A stretch of 64,000 nt of DNA from assembly GCA_038087875.1 (NCBI GenBank), contig CM075987.1, forward strand, positions 17,176,001-17,240,000, written 5' to 3'. A model generated the notes under the pieces. The model ran no database searches. It had not been told where the DNA came from and saw only the letters and a program-made list of their open reading frames with translations. The position numbers and the translations under genes are program-made. Of the stretch, positions 35,856 to 48,924 are shown piece after piece. Each line of letters opens with the position of its first letter. Positions within the stretch are counted from its first letter, which is position 1. This DNA is from Malacoraja senta (taxonomy: Eukaryota).

Positions 35856-38800
35856 GCGGAGGAATGGTTGATGGAATTTAATACAGAGAAGTGTGAGGTG
35901 TCGAACAAGGGCAGGACCTACACAGTGAATGGTAGGCCTCTGGGTAGTGTTGTAGAGCAGAGGGATCTAGGAGCACAGATGCATGGTTCCTTGAAGGTCA
36001 AGTCACAGGTAGATAAGGTGGTCAAAAAGGCTTTTGGTACTTTGGCCTTCATCAGTCAGAGTATTGAGTATAGAGGTTGGGAGGTCATGTTGCAGTTGTA
36101 TAAGACGTTGGTGAGGCCGCATTTAGAATATTGTGTTCAGTTCTGGGCACCATAGAAACATAGAAAATAGGTGCAGGAGTAGGCCATTCGGCCCTTCGAG
36201 CCTGCACTGCCATTCAATATGATCATGGCTGATCATCCAACTCAGTATCCTGTACCTGCTTTCTCTCCATACCCCCTGATCCCTTTAGCCACAAGGGCCA
36301 CATCTAACTCCCTCTTAAATATAGCGGGAGCTATAACCATGTTATAGGAAAGATCTTGTCAAGCTTGAAAGGGTTCAAAGAGGATTCACGAGGATGTTGC
36401 CAGGACTAGAGGGTGTGAGCTATAGGGAGAGGTTGAGTAGGCTGGGTCATGTTGGCCAGTGTGGGCGAGTTGGGCCGAAGGGCCTGTTTCCACACAGTCA
36501 CTGGGTGACTCTGTGATTCGATGAATGCTGATCACCCCGTGCTGCTGCCCACCCCCATCACACACACCCCCCCCACCACCCACCCCCGCCCACACACACC
36601 ACCACCCACCCCCCTCCACACACACACCCCCCCATCACACCCTCACACACACCCTCCCCGCACCCCCACACCCCCAACGCACCCCCACACCCACCCACCC
36701 CCCTCCACACACACCCACCCCCACCCCCCTCCACACACACCCACCCCCACACCCACCCCCCTCCACACACACACCCCCCTCCACACCCCCACCACCCACC
36801 CCCCTCCACACACACACCCACCCACACACTACCACCCACACCCTCCTCACACACACACCACCACCCACCCACACACCCACACCGCCACACACACCACCAC
36901 CCACAACCCCCCCCCCCCACGTGCTGGGTGTTGTGCGCCGCCACTTACTGGAATCCCCCATGATGATGACAAACTTGTTGCGCAGTAGCTGCGCCGCCTC
37001 CTCCGAGGTGAACGACATCATCGCCGGGAGCTGGAGGTCACAGGTCACACTGGGGTCACTGAGGACAAAGTCACACCAAGGTCACATGGCACAGGTCATA
37101 CCAGGGTCACGGGTTAGGATTTCCTTGCAAAACCGGGAGGACGACATCAGCCAGTGTTGCAGGTGGCCAATGAAAGGAAGGTAGCCTGATGGGTCCAGTA
37201 GGGGTATCAGGTGGCTTGATGGGTCCAGTAGGGGTATCAGGTGGCCAATGAAAGGAAGGTAGCCTGATGGGTCCAGTAGGGGTATCAGGTGGCCAATGAA
37301 AGGAAGGTGGCCTGATGGGTCCAGTAGGGGTATCAGGTGGCCAATGAAAGGAAGGTGGCCTGATGGGTCCAGTAGGGGTATCAGGTGGCCAATGAAAGGA
37401 AGGTGGCCTGATGGGTCCAGTAGGGGTATCAGGTGGCCAATGAAAGGAAGGTGGCCTGATGGGTCCAGTAGGGGGGGATAAGGGCTGCAAGGTCAGGGAC
37501 AATGGATGACCAAGGAGGTTGGAGACTTGGCTGGGAGCAAAAAGGAAGCGTATATGTCAGGTTTAAGATGGTGCTGATGAGGAATATAGTGGGAAAGAGC
37601 TGGTGCGTGATCAGAAGGGCCAAAAAGGCTGTGAAACATCATTGCCGAGACGGTTGCATGAAAATCCCAAGACTCTTTATACGTGCGTTAAAAATTACAG
37701 GGTGACCAGGGAGAAGGTAGGACCACTCCAAGATAAAGGAGGGAATGTATGCATCCAGTTGGAGGACGTATGTCAGGTACTAAAACAGTATTTTATATCT
37801 GTTTTAGGGCATAAGGAATAGTAGAATTAGGCCATTCGGCCCATCAAGTCTACTCCGCATTTCAATCATGGCTGATCTATCGAAGATCGGCTGATCGTCT
37901 GAAGGGTCTCGACCCGAAACGTCACCTATCCATGTTCTCCACAGATGCTGCCTGACCCGCTGAGTTACTCCAGCACTCTGTGAAACATCACCTATCCATG
38001 ATCTCCACAGATGCTGCCTGACCCACCCGCTGAGTTACTCCAGCACTCTGTGTAACATCACCTATCCATGTTCTCCACAGATGCTGCCTGACCCGCTGAG
38101 TTACTCCAGCACTCTGTGAAACATCACCTATCCATGATCTCCACAGATGCTGCCTGACCCACCCGCTGAGTTACTCCAGCACTCTGTGAAACGTCACCCA
38201 TTCCTTCTCTCCACAGATGCTGCCTGACCTGCTGAGTTCCTCCAGCATTTTGTGTCTATCTTCGGTTTAAACCAGCACCTGCTGTTCCTGGCTACACATA
38301 GCTGATCTATCTCTCCCTCCTAACTCCATTCTCCTGCCTTCCCCCCGTAGCCTCTGACACCCACACTGATCGCCAAGCAGAATGACTGAGGACTGTGAGA
38401 TCAGTGCGGAGAACACAAACATGCTAAAGTAGCTTGAGATCAAGGAGCAAGAGAGGAGATTGTGGGAGCATTGATGAGGATCTGTATTTTGTTGTCTAGC
38501 CACAGGTGAGGTCGTGGAGGACTGAAGAGTGACCAATATTGTTCCTGTGCTTAATGTCTTTCTGCCATCTGACAATACAGATGGCACACAACAAAAGCTT
38601 TTCACTGTACCTCGGTACACGTGACAATAAATTGAAGATACCCAGAGAACTGTAGGCTGCAGGTAGACACCAAATGCTGGCGTAACTAAGCAGGACAGGC
38701 AGCATCTCTGGAGAGAAGGGGTGGGTGATGTTTCGGGTCAAGACCCTTCTTCAGACAGAGTTAAAATGTAAACGAGGACAGTCAGACTAGTCAGAGAAGT

Positions 38801-41800
38801 GGGAGGGGGGAGGGATGGAGGGTGAGGCAGAGGTTCACTTGCACCTCCTCCAACCACATCTACTGTATCCGTTGTTCCAGGTGTTGTCTCCTGTATATCG
38901 GTGAGACCAAGTGCAGGCTCGGCGATCGTTTCACTGAACACCTCCGCTTAGTCCGCCTTAACCTACCCGATCTCCCAGTTGCTCAACACTGTAACTCCCC
39001 TTCCCATTCCCACACTGACCTTTCTGTCCTGGGCCCCCTCCATTGTCAGAGTGAGGCCCAGCGCAAATTGGAGGAACGGCACCTCATATTTCACTTGGGC
39101 AGCTTACATTGAACATTGACTTCTCTAACTTCAAGTAACCTTTGCTATCCCTCTCTCCATCCCCTACCCCCTTCCCAGTTCTCTAACTAGTAAACTAATG
39201 GAGAGAATTCTTTGAGATAGGATTTACTCCCATTTGTACGGGAGTGGGCTAATTAGTGATTGCCAGCACGGCTTTGTACGGCAGGTCACGTGTCACTAAC
39301 TTGATTGAGGTTTTTGAAGAGGTGACAAAGGAGATTAGAAACATAGAAAATAGGTGCAGAAGGAGGCCACTTGGCCCTTCAAGCCAGCACCACCTTCATA
39401 AAGACTACCGGGTGACGTCGCGATGACAACAGTCTGTCTGTCCTTTCATCTTTTTTGTTATTTTTTGTGTGTTTTAAAAGTTTGTGTTAATGTTCTCTGG
39501 TTTGTTTTATGTAGGGGTGGGGGAGGGGGGAGATGTTGCATGTTGAATGGAAGGAGTATACAGTTAATGGCAAGACACGAAACAGCATTGATGTGCAGAG
39601 TGATCTGGGAGTCCAAGTTCATAGCTCACTGAAGGTGGCAGCACAAGTAAATAGGGTGGTAAAGAAGGCCTATGGTCTGCTTGCTTTCATTGCTAAGCAC
39701 AGGCCATTGAGTCAAGTCATTATACAGCTCTATCGTTTATATAGAGATACAGCATGAAACAGGCCCTTCGGCCCACCGAGTCCACACTGACCAGCGATCC
39801 CCGCACACTAACACTATCCTACACACGCTAGGGACAATTTACAGAAGTCAACTGACCTACAAACCTGTCTCTCTTTGGAATGTAGGAAGAAACCGGAGCT
39901 CCCAGAGAAAACCCATGCAGGCCACGAGGAGAACGTACCAACTCCGTACAGACAGCACCTGTAGTCATGTTTGAACCCGGGTCTCTGGTGCTGCAAGGCA
40001 TCAACTCTACCGCTGAGCCACCGTGACAACCAACGTATGACTTTGGTCAGGCCGCATTTGGAGCGTTGCGTGCAGTTCTGGTCACCCTATTACAAGAAAT
40101 ATGTGGACGTTTTGGAGAGAGCAGAGGAGGTTTACCAGGATGATGCCTGGATTAGAGGGTTTCAGCTACAGGGAGAGGTTGGACTGGGATTGTTGCCTCT
40201 GGAATGTCAGGAGTTGAGGGGAGACAATAGAAGTTTATAAACACATTTCAGGGTGGCAATGTCCAACATTAGAGGGCATAGCTTTAAGGTGAGAGGGGGA
40301 AAGTTTAACAATAGACAATAGGTGCAGGAGGAGTTGCAGACAGTGCAGAGATGTTTCTTTAACAGAGGGTGGTGCGAGCCTGGAACGTACTGCCGGGGGT
40401 GGTGGTGGAGGCAAATACAGTATGCAGATCATACAGGCTTGCAGATATGCAGGGATATGGATCACATGCAGGCAGAGGGGATTAGATTAACTTGGCGTCA
40501 TGTTGGGTATGGACATTGTGGGCTGAAGGGTCCGGTCCTGTACCGTACTGTTACATGTTCTGCCTCACGTCACGGTAACTGCTCCAGGGGTCAGCACATG
40601 GGATCTGTGGCCAAACCCTGTCGGCAACACATGCACCGCCTCCCCCCCCACTCAGCACCGCCCCCCCACCCCTCACTCTCCCCCCTCCCCACCACTCTCT
40701 CACTACCCACTCTCATCTCTCCCCCTCACCTGCCCCTCTCCCCTCAACCACTCCCCCCCCACCCCCACCCACCTCTCCCCCTCACCTGCCCCTCCCCTCA
40801 ACCAATCCCCACCCACTCACCCCCTCCCTCAGCACCACCACCCCCACCCCCCTCCCCCCACCCCCTATCACCTCTCCCCACCTGCCACTTAACCCCCTCT
40901 CACTCTCCCTGCTACCCTCCCCACACCCCTCTCTCCCGTCGCCCACGTTTCTCTCCCCGCGGGGGGGGGGGGGAGATGGAGGGTGAGTGAGGGGTGTGAA
41001 TGAGTGGGATGGGGGGGTGGTGTTGAGGGGGGAGGTTAGTGAGAGGAGGGGGTGAGTGGGATGGGGGGGGGGCGGTGTTGAGGGGGGAGGTTAGTGAGAG
41101 GAGGGAGTGAGTGGGATGGGGGGGGCGGTGTTGAGGGGGGAGGTTAGTGAGAGGAGGGGGTGAGTGAGTGGGATGGGGGGGGGATGAGTGAGTGGGATGG
41201 GGGGGGGCGGTGTTGAGGGGGGAGGTTAGTGAGAGGAGGGGGTGAGTGAAGGGGGAGAGTGTGTGGGATGGGGGCGGTGTTGAGGGGGGAGGTTAGTGAG
41301 AGGAGGGGGTGAGTGAGGGGGATGGGGGGGCAGTGTTGAGGGGGGAGGTTAGTGAGGGGGGGTGAGTGAGTGGGATGGGGGGGGGTGTTGAGGGGGGAGG
41401 TTAGTGAGAGGAGGGGGTGAGTGAGTGGGATGGGGGGGCGGTGTTGAGGGGGGAGGTTAGTGAGAGGAGGGGGTGAGTGAGTGGGATGGGGGGGCAGTGT
41501 TGAGGGGGGAGGTTAGTGAGAGGAGGGGGTGAGTGAGTGGGATGGGGGGGCGGTGTTGAGGGGGGAGTTAGTGAGGGGGGGTGAGTGAGTGGGATGGGGG
41601 GGCGGTGTTGAGGGGGGAGGTTAGTGAGAGGAGGGGGTGAGTGAGTGGGATGGGGGGGGCGGTGTTGAGGGGGGTGAGTGAGTGGGATGGGGGGGGCGGT
41701 GTTGAGGGGGGTGAGTGAGTGGGATGGGGGGGGCGGTGTTGAGGGGGGTGAGTGAGTGGGATGGGGGGGCGGTGTTGAGGGGGGTGAGTGAGTGGGATGG

Positions 41801-44240
41801 GGGGGGCAGTGTTGAGGGGGGAGGTTAGTGAGAGGAGGGGGTGAGTGAGTGGGATGGGGGGGCGGTGTTGAGGGGGGAGGTTAGTGAGGGGGGGTGAGTG
41901 AGTGGGATGGGGGGGCAGTGTTGAGGGGGGAGGTTAGTGAGAGGAGGGGGTGAGTGAGTGGGATGGGGGGGCGGTGTTGAGGGGGGAGTTAGTGAGGGGG
42001 GGTTAGTGAGGGGGGGTGAGTGAGTGGGATGGGGGGGCAGTGTTGAGGGGGGAGGTTAGTGAGAGGAGGGGGTGAGTGAGTGGGATGGGGGGGCAGTGTT
42101 GAGGGGGGAGGTTAGTGAGAGGAGGGGGTGAGTGAGTGGGATGGGGGGGCGGTGTTGAGGGGGGAGTTAGTGAGGGGGGGTGAGTGAGTGGGATGGGGGG
42201 GCAGTGTTGAGGGGGGAGGTTAGTGAGAGGAGGGGGTGAGTGAGTGGGATGGGGGGGCAGTGTTGAGGGGGGAGGTTAGTGAGAGGAGGGGGTGAGTGAG
42301 ATGGGGGGGGCGGTGTTGAGGGGGGTGAGTGAGTGGGATGGGGGGGGCGGTGTTGAGGGGGGTGAGTGAGTGGGATGGGGGGGGCGGTGTTGAGGGGGGT
42401 GAGTGAGTGGGATGGGGGGGGCAGTGTTGAGGGGGGAGGTTAGTGAGAGGAGGGGGTGAGTGAGTGGGATGGGGGGGCGGTGTTGAGGGGGGTGAGTGAG
42501 GGGTGTGCGGGGGGTGGGGCGGGGTTTTTCTCACTGGCCCTTGCGGCCGGTGTGAGCGGTTTCCCCGCGGGACGAGGTGTGTGTGGGGCGTTGCCGGTCT
42601 CCCGGTGTGTGGGGGTGAATGTGTATGTGTGTGTGTGGTGGGGGGGGGGGGGGGGCGGTGCTGGGCCCGTGTTCCTCACCTGTCCTGGTCCGGTCTGGTC
42701 CTGTCCGGTCCGGTCCGCCCCGGTCTACCCGCCGTTGCCGCTGTGGACGGTTTCCCGGTTTGTGGTGTGTGGGTGGGCGGTGCTCGGTGTGAGGGGGGGG
42801 GGGGGGCGGTGCTGGGCCCGTGTTCCTCACCTGTCCTGGTCCGGTCTGGTCCTGTCCTGTCCTGTCCTGTCCGGTCCGGTCCGGTCTACCCGCCGTTGCC
42901 GCTGTGGGCGGTTTTCCGGTTTGTGGTGTGTGGGTGGGCGGTGCTCGGTGTGAGGGGGGGGGGGGCGGTGCTGGGCCCGTGTTCCTCACCTGTCCCGGTC
43001 CGGTCCGGTCCGGTCTACCCGCCGTTGCCGCTGTGGGCGGTTTCCCGCCGCTACCCTCCCTCCGTCACCACCTGACCCGGCGGCCAATCGGCGGCGAGAC
43101 ACAAACCCCGCCCCCCCCCGGCGGCAGGGTCACCGGGTCAGGGGTTGTGCAGGGGTCAAGCAGAGGGATTCGGCCCAATGCAGGCAAATGGGACTATCCC
43201 AAGGCCAATTTGGTCGGCATGGCCAAGGTGGACCGAAGGGCCAGTTTCCATGCTGTACAGCAAGGAGTTGGTTGTTGGAAGGTAGTGAGTGTTTGAAACT
43301 CTCTACTGGAGTGGTTAATGGGCATTGGATGTGATCTCTCGTGTGCAAACCCAGAGCTGGAGGAGACAGTTCATCGATGGAAATATCAAACGGTCACACC
43401 AAAACGCTGACGTTAAATATAACAGCAAGCAGGAAGAACTGTTCAATTAGTTTTACCATTTATTCATAAATTATTAAATATACATTTTATCACCAGTACT
43501 TACAATCCAAAAATGATTGATAATGAAAGCAACCACATCTAAAGTGCATCTAAAGCAGCTGGAATGAAGAATGATCCATCTTCAATCCCTAGTCAAAGCT
43601 TCTTCACTCCTGTTCGTCAGATGATTGATTGTACGGGAATGAGGTAAGGCTCTAATCGTGGTTCCACCAGCAGAATTAGTGAAACAAGGTACAGCAGTGG
43701 GCATGATGCTGGGGACAGGGTCCGTGCACAGTAGCACACCTGGCTACAGGTGGTCACTAGACTGTATATACCTGCCCTGCAGATTGTATACCCATGTGTC
43801 CCACAGGTACAGTGTACCACCACCACCCACGCTGCACCTTCCAGGCACTCACCAGCCTCCATGTATAAAAAACTTGCAGTGAACATTTCCTTGAAACTTG
43901 CCCCTCTCACCTTAAAGCTATGGCCCCAATGCATTTGGCAATTCTACCATGGGGAAAGATTCTGAACGTCTACCCCATATACACCTCTCATCATTTTATA
44001 AACGTCTATCAGGTCTCCCCACAACCCCTACATTGCACCCTCTCCCTGTAGCTGAAACCCTGTAATCCCGGCAACATTCTAGGAAAGCTCCTCTGCACCA
44101 TCTCCAAAGCCTCCACATCCTCCTGTAATGGGGCGACTGGAGCCACACATAATACTCCAAATACAGCCTGACCAACATCCTATAAAGCTGCCCCGACCAT
44201 TGAAGGCAAGCATACCATATGGGTTCTCTACTCTTATCTA
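35856..44240 (+). repeat. Near-identical copy of 27399-35655 (likely false haplotypic duplication across the gap)
   Basis: Identical ORF series at an ~8.46-8.58 kb offset. Copy 1 ends and copy 2 begins exactly at the gap. Confidence 0.93.
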
Positions 44241-46206
44241 CTTGTGTTCCACATTGAGAAGTTATGGATTTAGTAAGCTGGGATAGATCGCATCCGATCC
44301 TGATGTTGTTCACAAGCCCCAGCGCCCCCTTCTTTCCAACTCAAACTGCCCTGGCACATTTGTATTCTCAACGATGATCTTGCTGTCCTCCAAGTCTTTC
44401 TCCTCGGTGAATAGAAGATGCAAAGTACTCATTTAGTACCTCACCTCATCATCCGACACCAAGCACAGCCATCCTCAAAGTCTGCGACCCCAGAAACCTT
44501 GGCGTCATCTGCAAACTTACTGACTAACCAGTCTGCATTAATGTCACAGGCAGACAAAAATGCTGGAGAAACTCAGCGGGTGAGGCAGCATCTATGGAGC
44601 GATGGAATAGGTGACGTTTCGGGTCGAGGCACTCAATGTCACAGTCATTTATACATTTCACACACAGCAGAGGTCCCAGCACAGACCCTTGTGGAACTCC
44701 ACTAGTCACCGACCTCTAGCCTGAAGATTCTCCTTCCACCACAAGCCGCTGTCTTCTATCAGTGAGCTCGTTCTGAATCCATACGACCAAGTCACTGTTA
44801 ATCCTGTGCATCTTAATCTTCTGGATCAGCCGACCATGGGAATTTTATCAAAAGCTTTACTAAAATCCATGTCGACAACATCCACCACTCATTTATCACA
44901 TTTGACACGTCCTCAAAAAACTCCGTTAGTAAGAGATGACCTGCCGTGTACAAGGCCATGTGGACTGTCCCTAATTAGCCCATTCTCTTCCAAATGGGAG
45001 TAAATCTTATCTCAAAGAATCCTTTCTAATAGCTTCCCGACCACCGACACGAGGCTCACAGTCCCATAATTCCCTGGATTCTCTACTTCCCTTCTTAAAT
45101 AAAGGAACAACACAGTCCTCGGGCCTTGTGGCGAGAGGAGACATAAAGATAATCTAGATCTTTAGCGAATAAAGGTGTCCCTTTATCCTCTATACAAACC
45201 TTTCCTATGCATGTTGTCCTGACGTTTCTAACATGTTGTTATTATATGCAGCCTGTCACCTGCCTCACTACTGCTCTGGATCCAGTCCCTCTAGTTTAAA
45301 GCCTCCCGTGTGGCACTAGAACACAGAACAGCACAAGAACAAACCCTTTGGCCCACAATATCTGTGCTCAACATAATGCCAGGATCATCTCTTCTCCATA
45401 TCCCTCAACTCCCTGTATAGCCATGTGTCTCTAACGCCGCTATCCTATCTATAGCTGCCTCCACCATTACCCCCGGCAGAGGGTCACATTGCCCCGCAAA
45501 TCTCCTTCCAATTCCAATGCTCATGTGATGGGAGAGGAGATTTCTGGTGAACGATGGCGTGACCGCATCTTGAACACACAGGCCGCCATGACAGGAAGGG
45601 AACTGGTCAAAGTACCGCGACATTTACAATTTGCAATCATTTTGAAAAATACTCACTTTTTGTTAAAAAACTGTGCTTTAAACATGCCAACAGTGGAGAG
45701 CGAGAGAAAGAGAGAGAGAGAGAGATCACAGCTCAACATTAAGCTGGTGGATTGGCAGTATGAATACAGATGTCAGCAGTCTCACGCAACAAATAAATAT
45801 ACCTCCAAGATTGTACTTAATATCTCTGAATTCAGTCCTAATAAATAACCAAACATTAGATCTCTTCATACTTGTGTTTCCTTTTCAACTAACATCTGAA
45901 GGTTAAATATATTTATAAAAATGTGTGTCTATTCCTACAACATAAAACATTTTAACAGCCTACTAATACTTTCCCAACAGGTAAATACTTTGTGAAATAT
46001 ATCTTTAGAAAAAGTCACATTTGTGGGCACCCTGGACATATTGGCACAGCTTTGACATGGTCATTTATCATGGAAATAATATCACCACCATTCCAGCCCT
46101 TCACCAGGCACATGCAAAATACACTTACATCAACACAAGGACACCGCCCCGCCACTGTGGACTAATATTACCCAGCAACAGAATATTCACAGCAATCTGT
46201 CCAACA

Positions 46207-46330
46207 ATGAATGTCTGAATGAATGAATGAATGAATGAATGTCTGAATGAATGACTGAATGAATGTCTGAATGAGTAAATGAATGAATGAGTAAATGAAT
46301 GAATGAATGAATGAATGAGTGAATGAATGC
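46207..46330. repeat. (TGAA)n microsatellite; a ~30-bp minisatellite follows at 46890-47130
   Basis: Direct inspection. Confidence 0.9.
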
Positions 46331-47432
46331 AGTATATTTAGTTCCCTTCACAACACAGCCTGCTGCGACTGTCACACATTGGCCCATTGAACGATGTGTT
46401 GTACAGTGTACTCTCATTATGATTCGGGATGTTCAGTGATGCCTGGCTTCCTTGCATGGACACAAGAAACCTGCAGCAACAAGTGATCTGCTGGGGTAGC
46501 TTAGTGGTCGGGGCAGCATGCTGGGGGGATACTGCTGATGTTACAGGCAGACACCTTACCTCAACACTGAAAGGGGAGAGGAGACAGCTGGTAGAAATGG
46601 GAGGAGGTACATACCCTCTGCACCTGTCCTATCCATGTACCTGACCTATCCATGTACCTGTCCTATCCATGTACCTGTCCAAAGTCTTTTAAACATTGCA
46701 ATAGTCCCTGCCTCAACGACCTCCTCTGGCAGCTCGTTCCATACACCCACCAACCTATCAGTTGCCTTCAGGCTCTTGCCCCTCGCACCATAAACCTGTG
46801 CCTCAGTTTCTTGATCCCCCACTGGGTAAAAGTCTCTGCATTCACTCTATGTATTGCCCTTGTGATTTTATACACTGTATGACATCAGCCCTCTCCCTCC
46901 TCCTGTACTCCACATCCCAGTCTCACCCTCCTGTACTCCACGTCCCAGTCTCACCCTCCTCCTCCTGTACTCCATGTCCCAGTCTCACCCTCCTCCTCCT
47001 GTACTCCATGTCCTAGTCTCCCCCTCCCCCTCCTGTACTCCATGTCCCAGTCTCACCCTCCCCCTCCTGTACTCCACATCTGTCTCACCCTCCCCCTCCC
47101 CCTCCTGCAGTCCACATCCCAGTCTGCTCACCCTGCCCCCCCACCACCACAGACACTGCCCTCCCACTGAGATCCCCCCTCCCCCACAGATGCTGCCCGA
47201 CCCGCTGAGTTGCTCCAGATTGCTGCTGCTCCATGTTCTAGCATCTGCAGCCTCTTGCGTCTTCAATGTTAAGTCTCATTTTTAGAAGGTAACAGAAGTA
47301 ATTTCCTCCTCAAATTGTTTTCATAAACAGACTCTCACCAGTAGTTTTAAAGACAACCATGATGAGGACAGCCTTTCTGTAGAGGAGTCAGTCTGAAAAG
47401 TTATTCATAATTTAGTAAACTGCTTTATTAAT

Positions 47433-47700
47433 CCGGGTTCGATCCTGACCACAGGTGCTGTCTGTGTGGAGTCTGCACGTTCTCGGTGACTATGTAGGTT
47501 TCCCCCCGGGTGCTCCAGTTTCCTCCCACATCCTAAAGATGTGCAGCAGGTTAATTGGCCTCTGTAACTGGCCCCTAGGTGTGTGGGCGTGACGGGGCTC
47601 AGGATGGGGGGAGCAGGTGGGGAAGGCATGGGATTGATGGAGATGGGTGATTGATGGTCAGTGCCAGCAGTGAGTGAGCACACAGATCTTTCCATGTCCT
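47433..47700 (+). mobile_element. HE1/V-SINE-like SINE fragment
   Basis: ccgggttcgatcctgac B-box-like segment and ggtgctccagtttcctcccaca. Confidence 0.7.
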
Positions 47701-48684
47701 ATCACCGTGACTCCTGGAAAAGAAAGCAAGGCAGCTGTACCATTTGTTGTTCTTTCATCGGCAGTGGGAACTTGGAACCAAACTGATAAAGGTTTGGAGC
47801 ACCAGTGAAACCAGCCAATGGCATCGATGGCTCCGTGACTCTTGGCATTAGTGACAGAACAATCCTAGAGTCGATGTTTTGTTGCTTAAATGCTGAAGCT
47901 TCGAACTGATAAGTGATTTGATGTCAATGTAAGCTTGATGAGAATGGTTTACTGCAGTGCAGACCTACAATGTGTCCTCTCCTGAGCACGAAGTATCACC
48001 TCCAATCTCACTCACACTTTGTTCTCAGCCAATACTTCATTTCATACCTTCGACACTGGTACGAGCTACTCCCAGTCTCCTTGGTCTTTCAGCTGGAGAT
48101 GCTACAGTTGATACCAGCTCCATTACCAGGTAACGTATCCAGACATCAGGTAGCTTGATGGTAGATCCTTTCCATTCAATGTACACCAAATGCTGCAGTA
48201 ACTCAGCGGGACAGGCAGCATCTCTGGAGAGAAGGAGTGGGTGACGTTTGGGGTCGAGACCCTTCTTCTCTCCAGAGATGCTGCCTGTCCCGCTGAGTTA
48301 CTCCAGCTTTTTGTGTCTATCTTCGGTGTAAAGCAGCATCTGCAGTTCCCTCCTACACCAATCAATGTACATTTGTATTTGAAGTAGTCTGACTGCGATT
48401 GCTTGGCTAGGCTTCTGGTTCCATCACTGAAGGGTGACCAATGAATGTGGGACTTGACTGGATACTCGGCATTGAAGAGATGTCCAGTCTTCCTGTAGGA
48501 AACATGAGCCAGTTTGTGGCAGGTTGATGGTTGAGGTGAGAGTGATTACAGCTCAGACTGCTCTTTGATTACAACTCAAGTCAGCTTTGTTTTCTGATCA
48601 AGCATTAGTTTTAGACCGTTACAGAAACGCCCCTTTTCTGTAATAATGTCTTTCCATCAGAATAGGAGTTCTCAGTTGTAAACT

Positions 48685-48747
48685 TCAACAAACACTTTCC
48701 GCTTTGATGTGCAGGATTTTTGAAAAACCGGGCCTTTTCTTCAGAGC
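48685..48747 (-). CDS. FBXO41: F-box protein 41 terminal coding exon (ALKKRPGFSKILHIKAESVC*)
   Basis: Matches human ALRRRPGFSKILHIKVEGGC*; cattag| acceptor, phase 0. Confidence 0.93.
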   Translation of the reverse strand, partial: ALKKRPGFSKILHIKAESVC

Positions 48748-48924
48748 CTAATGAATTAAAAAACACATCATCTGTCACAGATGGGCATGAGCAGCAGTCA
48801 ACACAAGGAACAAAATTATGGAGTATCATTTGAACGACTTTTGATAAATGATAGAGCTTCAGTGCTGAACTTGTGGGGAACACTAACGTACAAGGTCAGT
48901 TTGAGATCAAACAGCTGGGCTCTT

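Noticed and set aside
36949..37021. Second PCED1A paralogue
   Set aside because: Identical exon inside the gap-adjacent duplication, with no second set of downstream exons.
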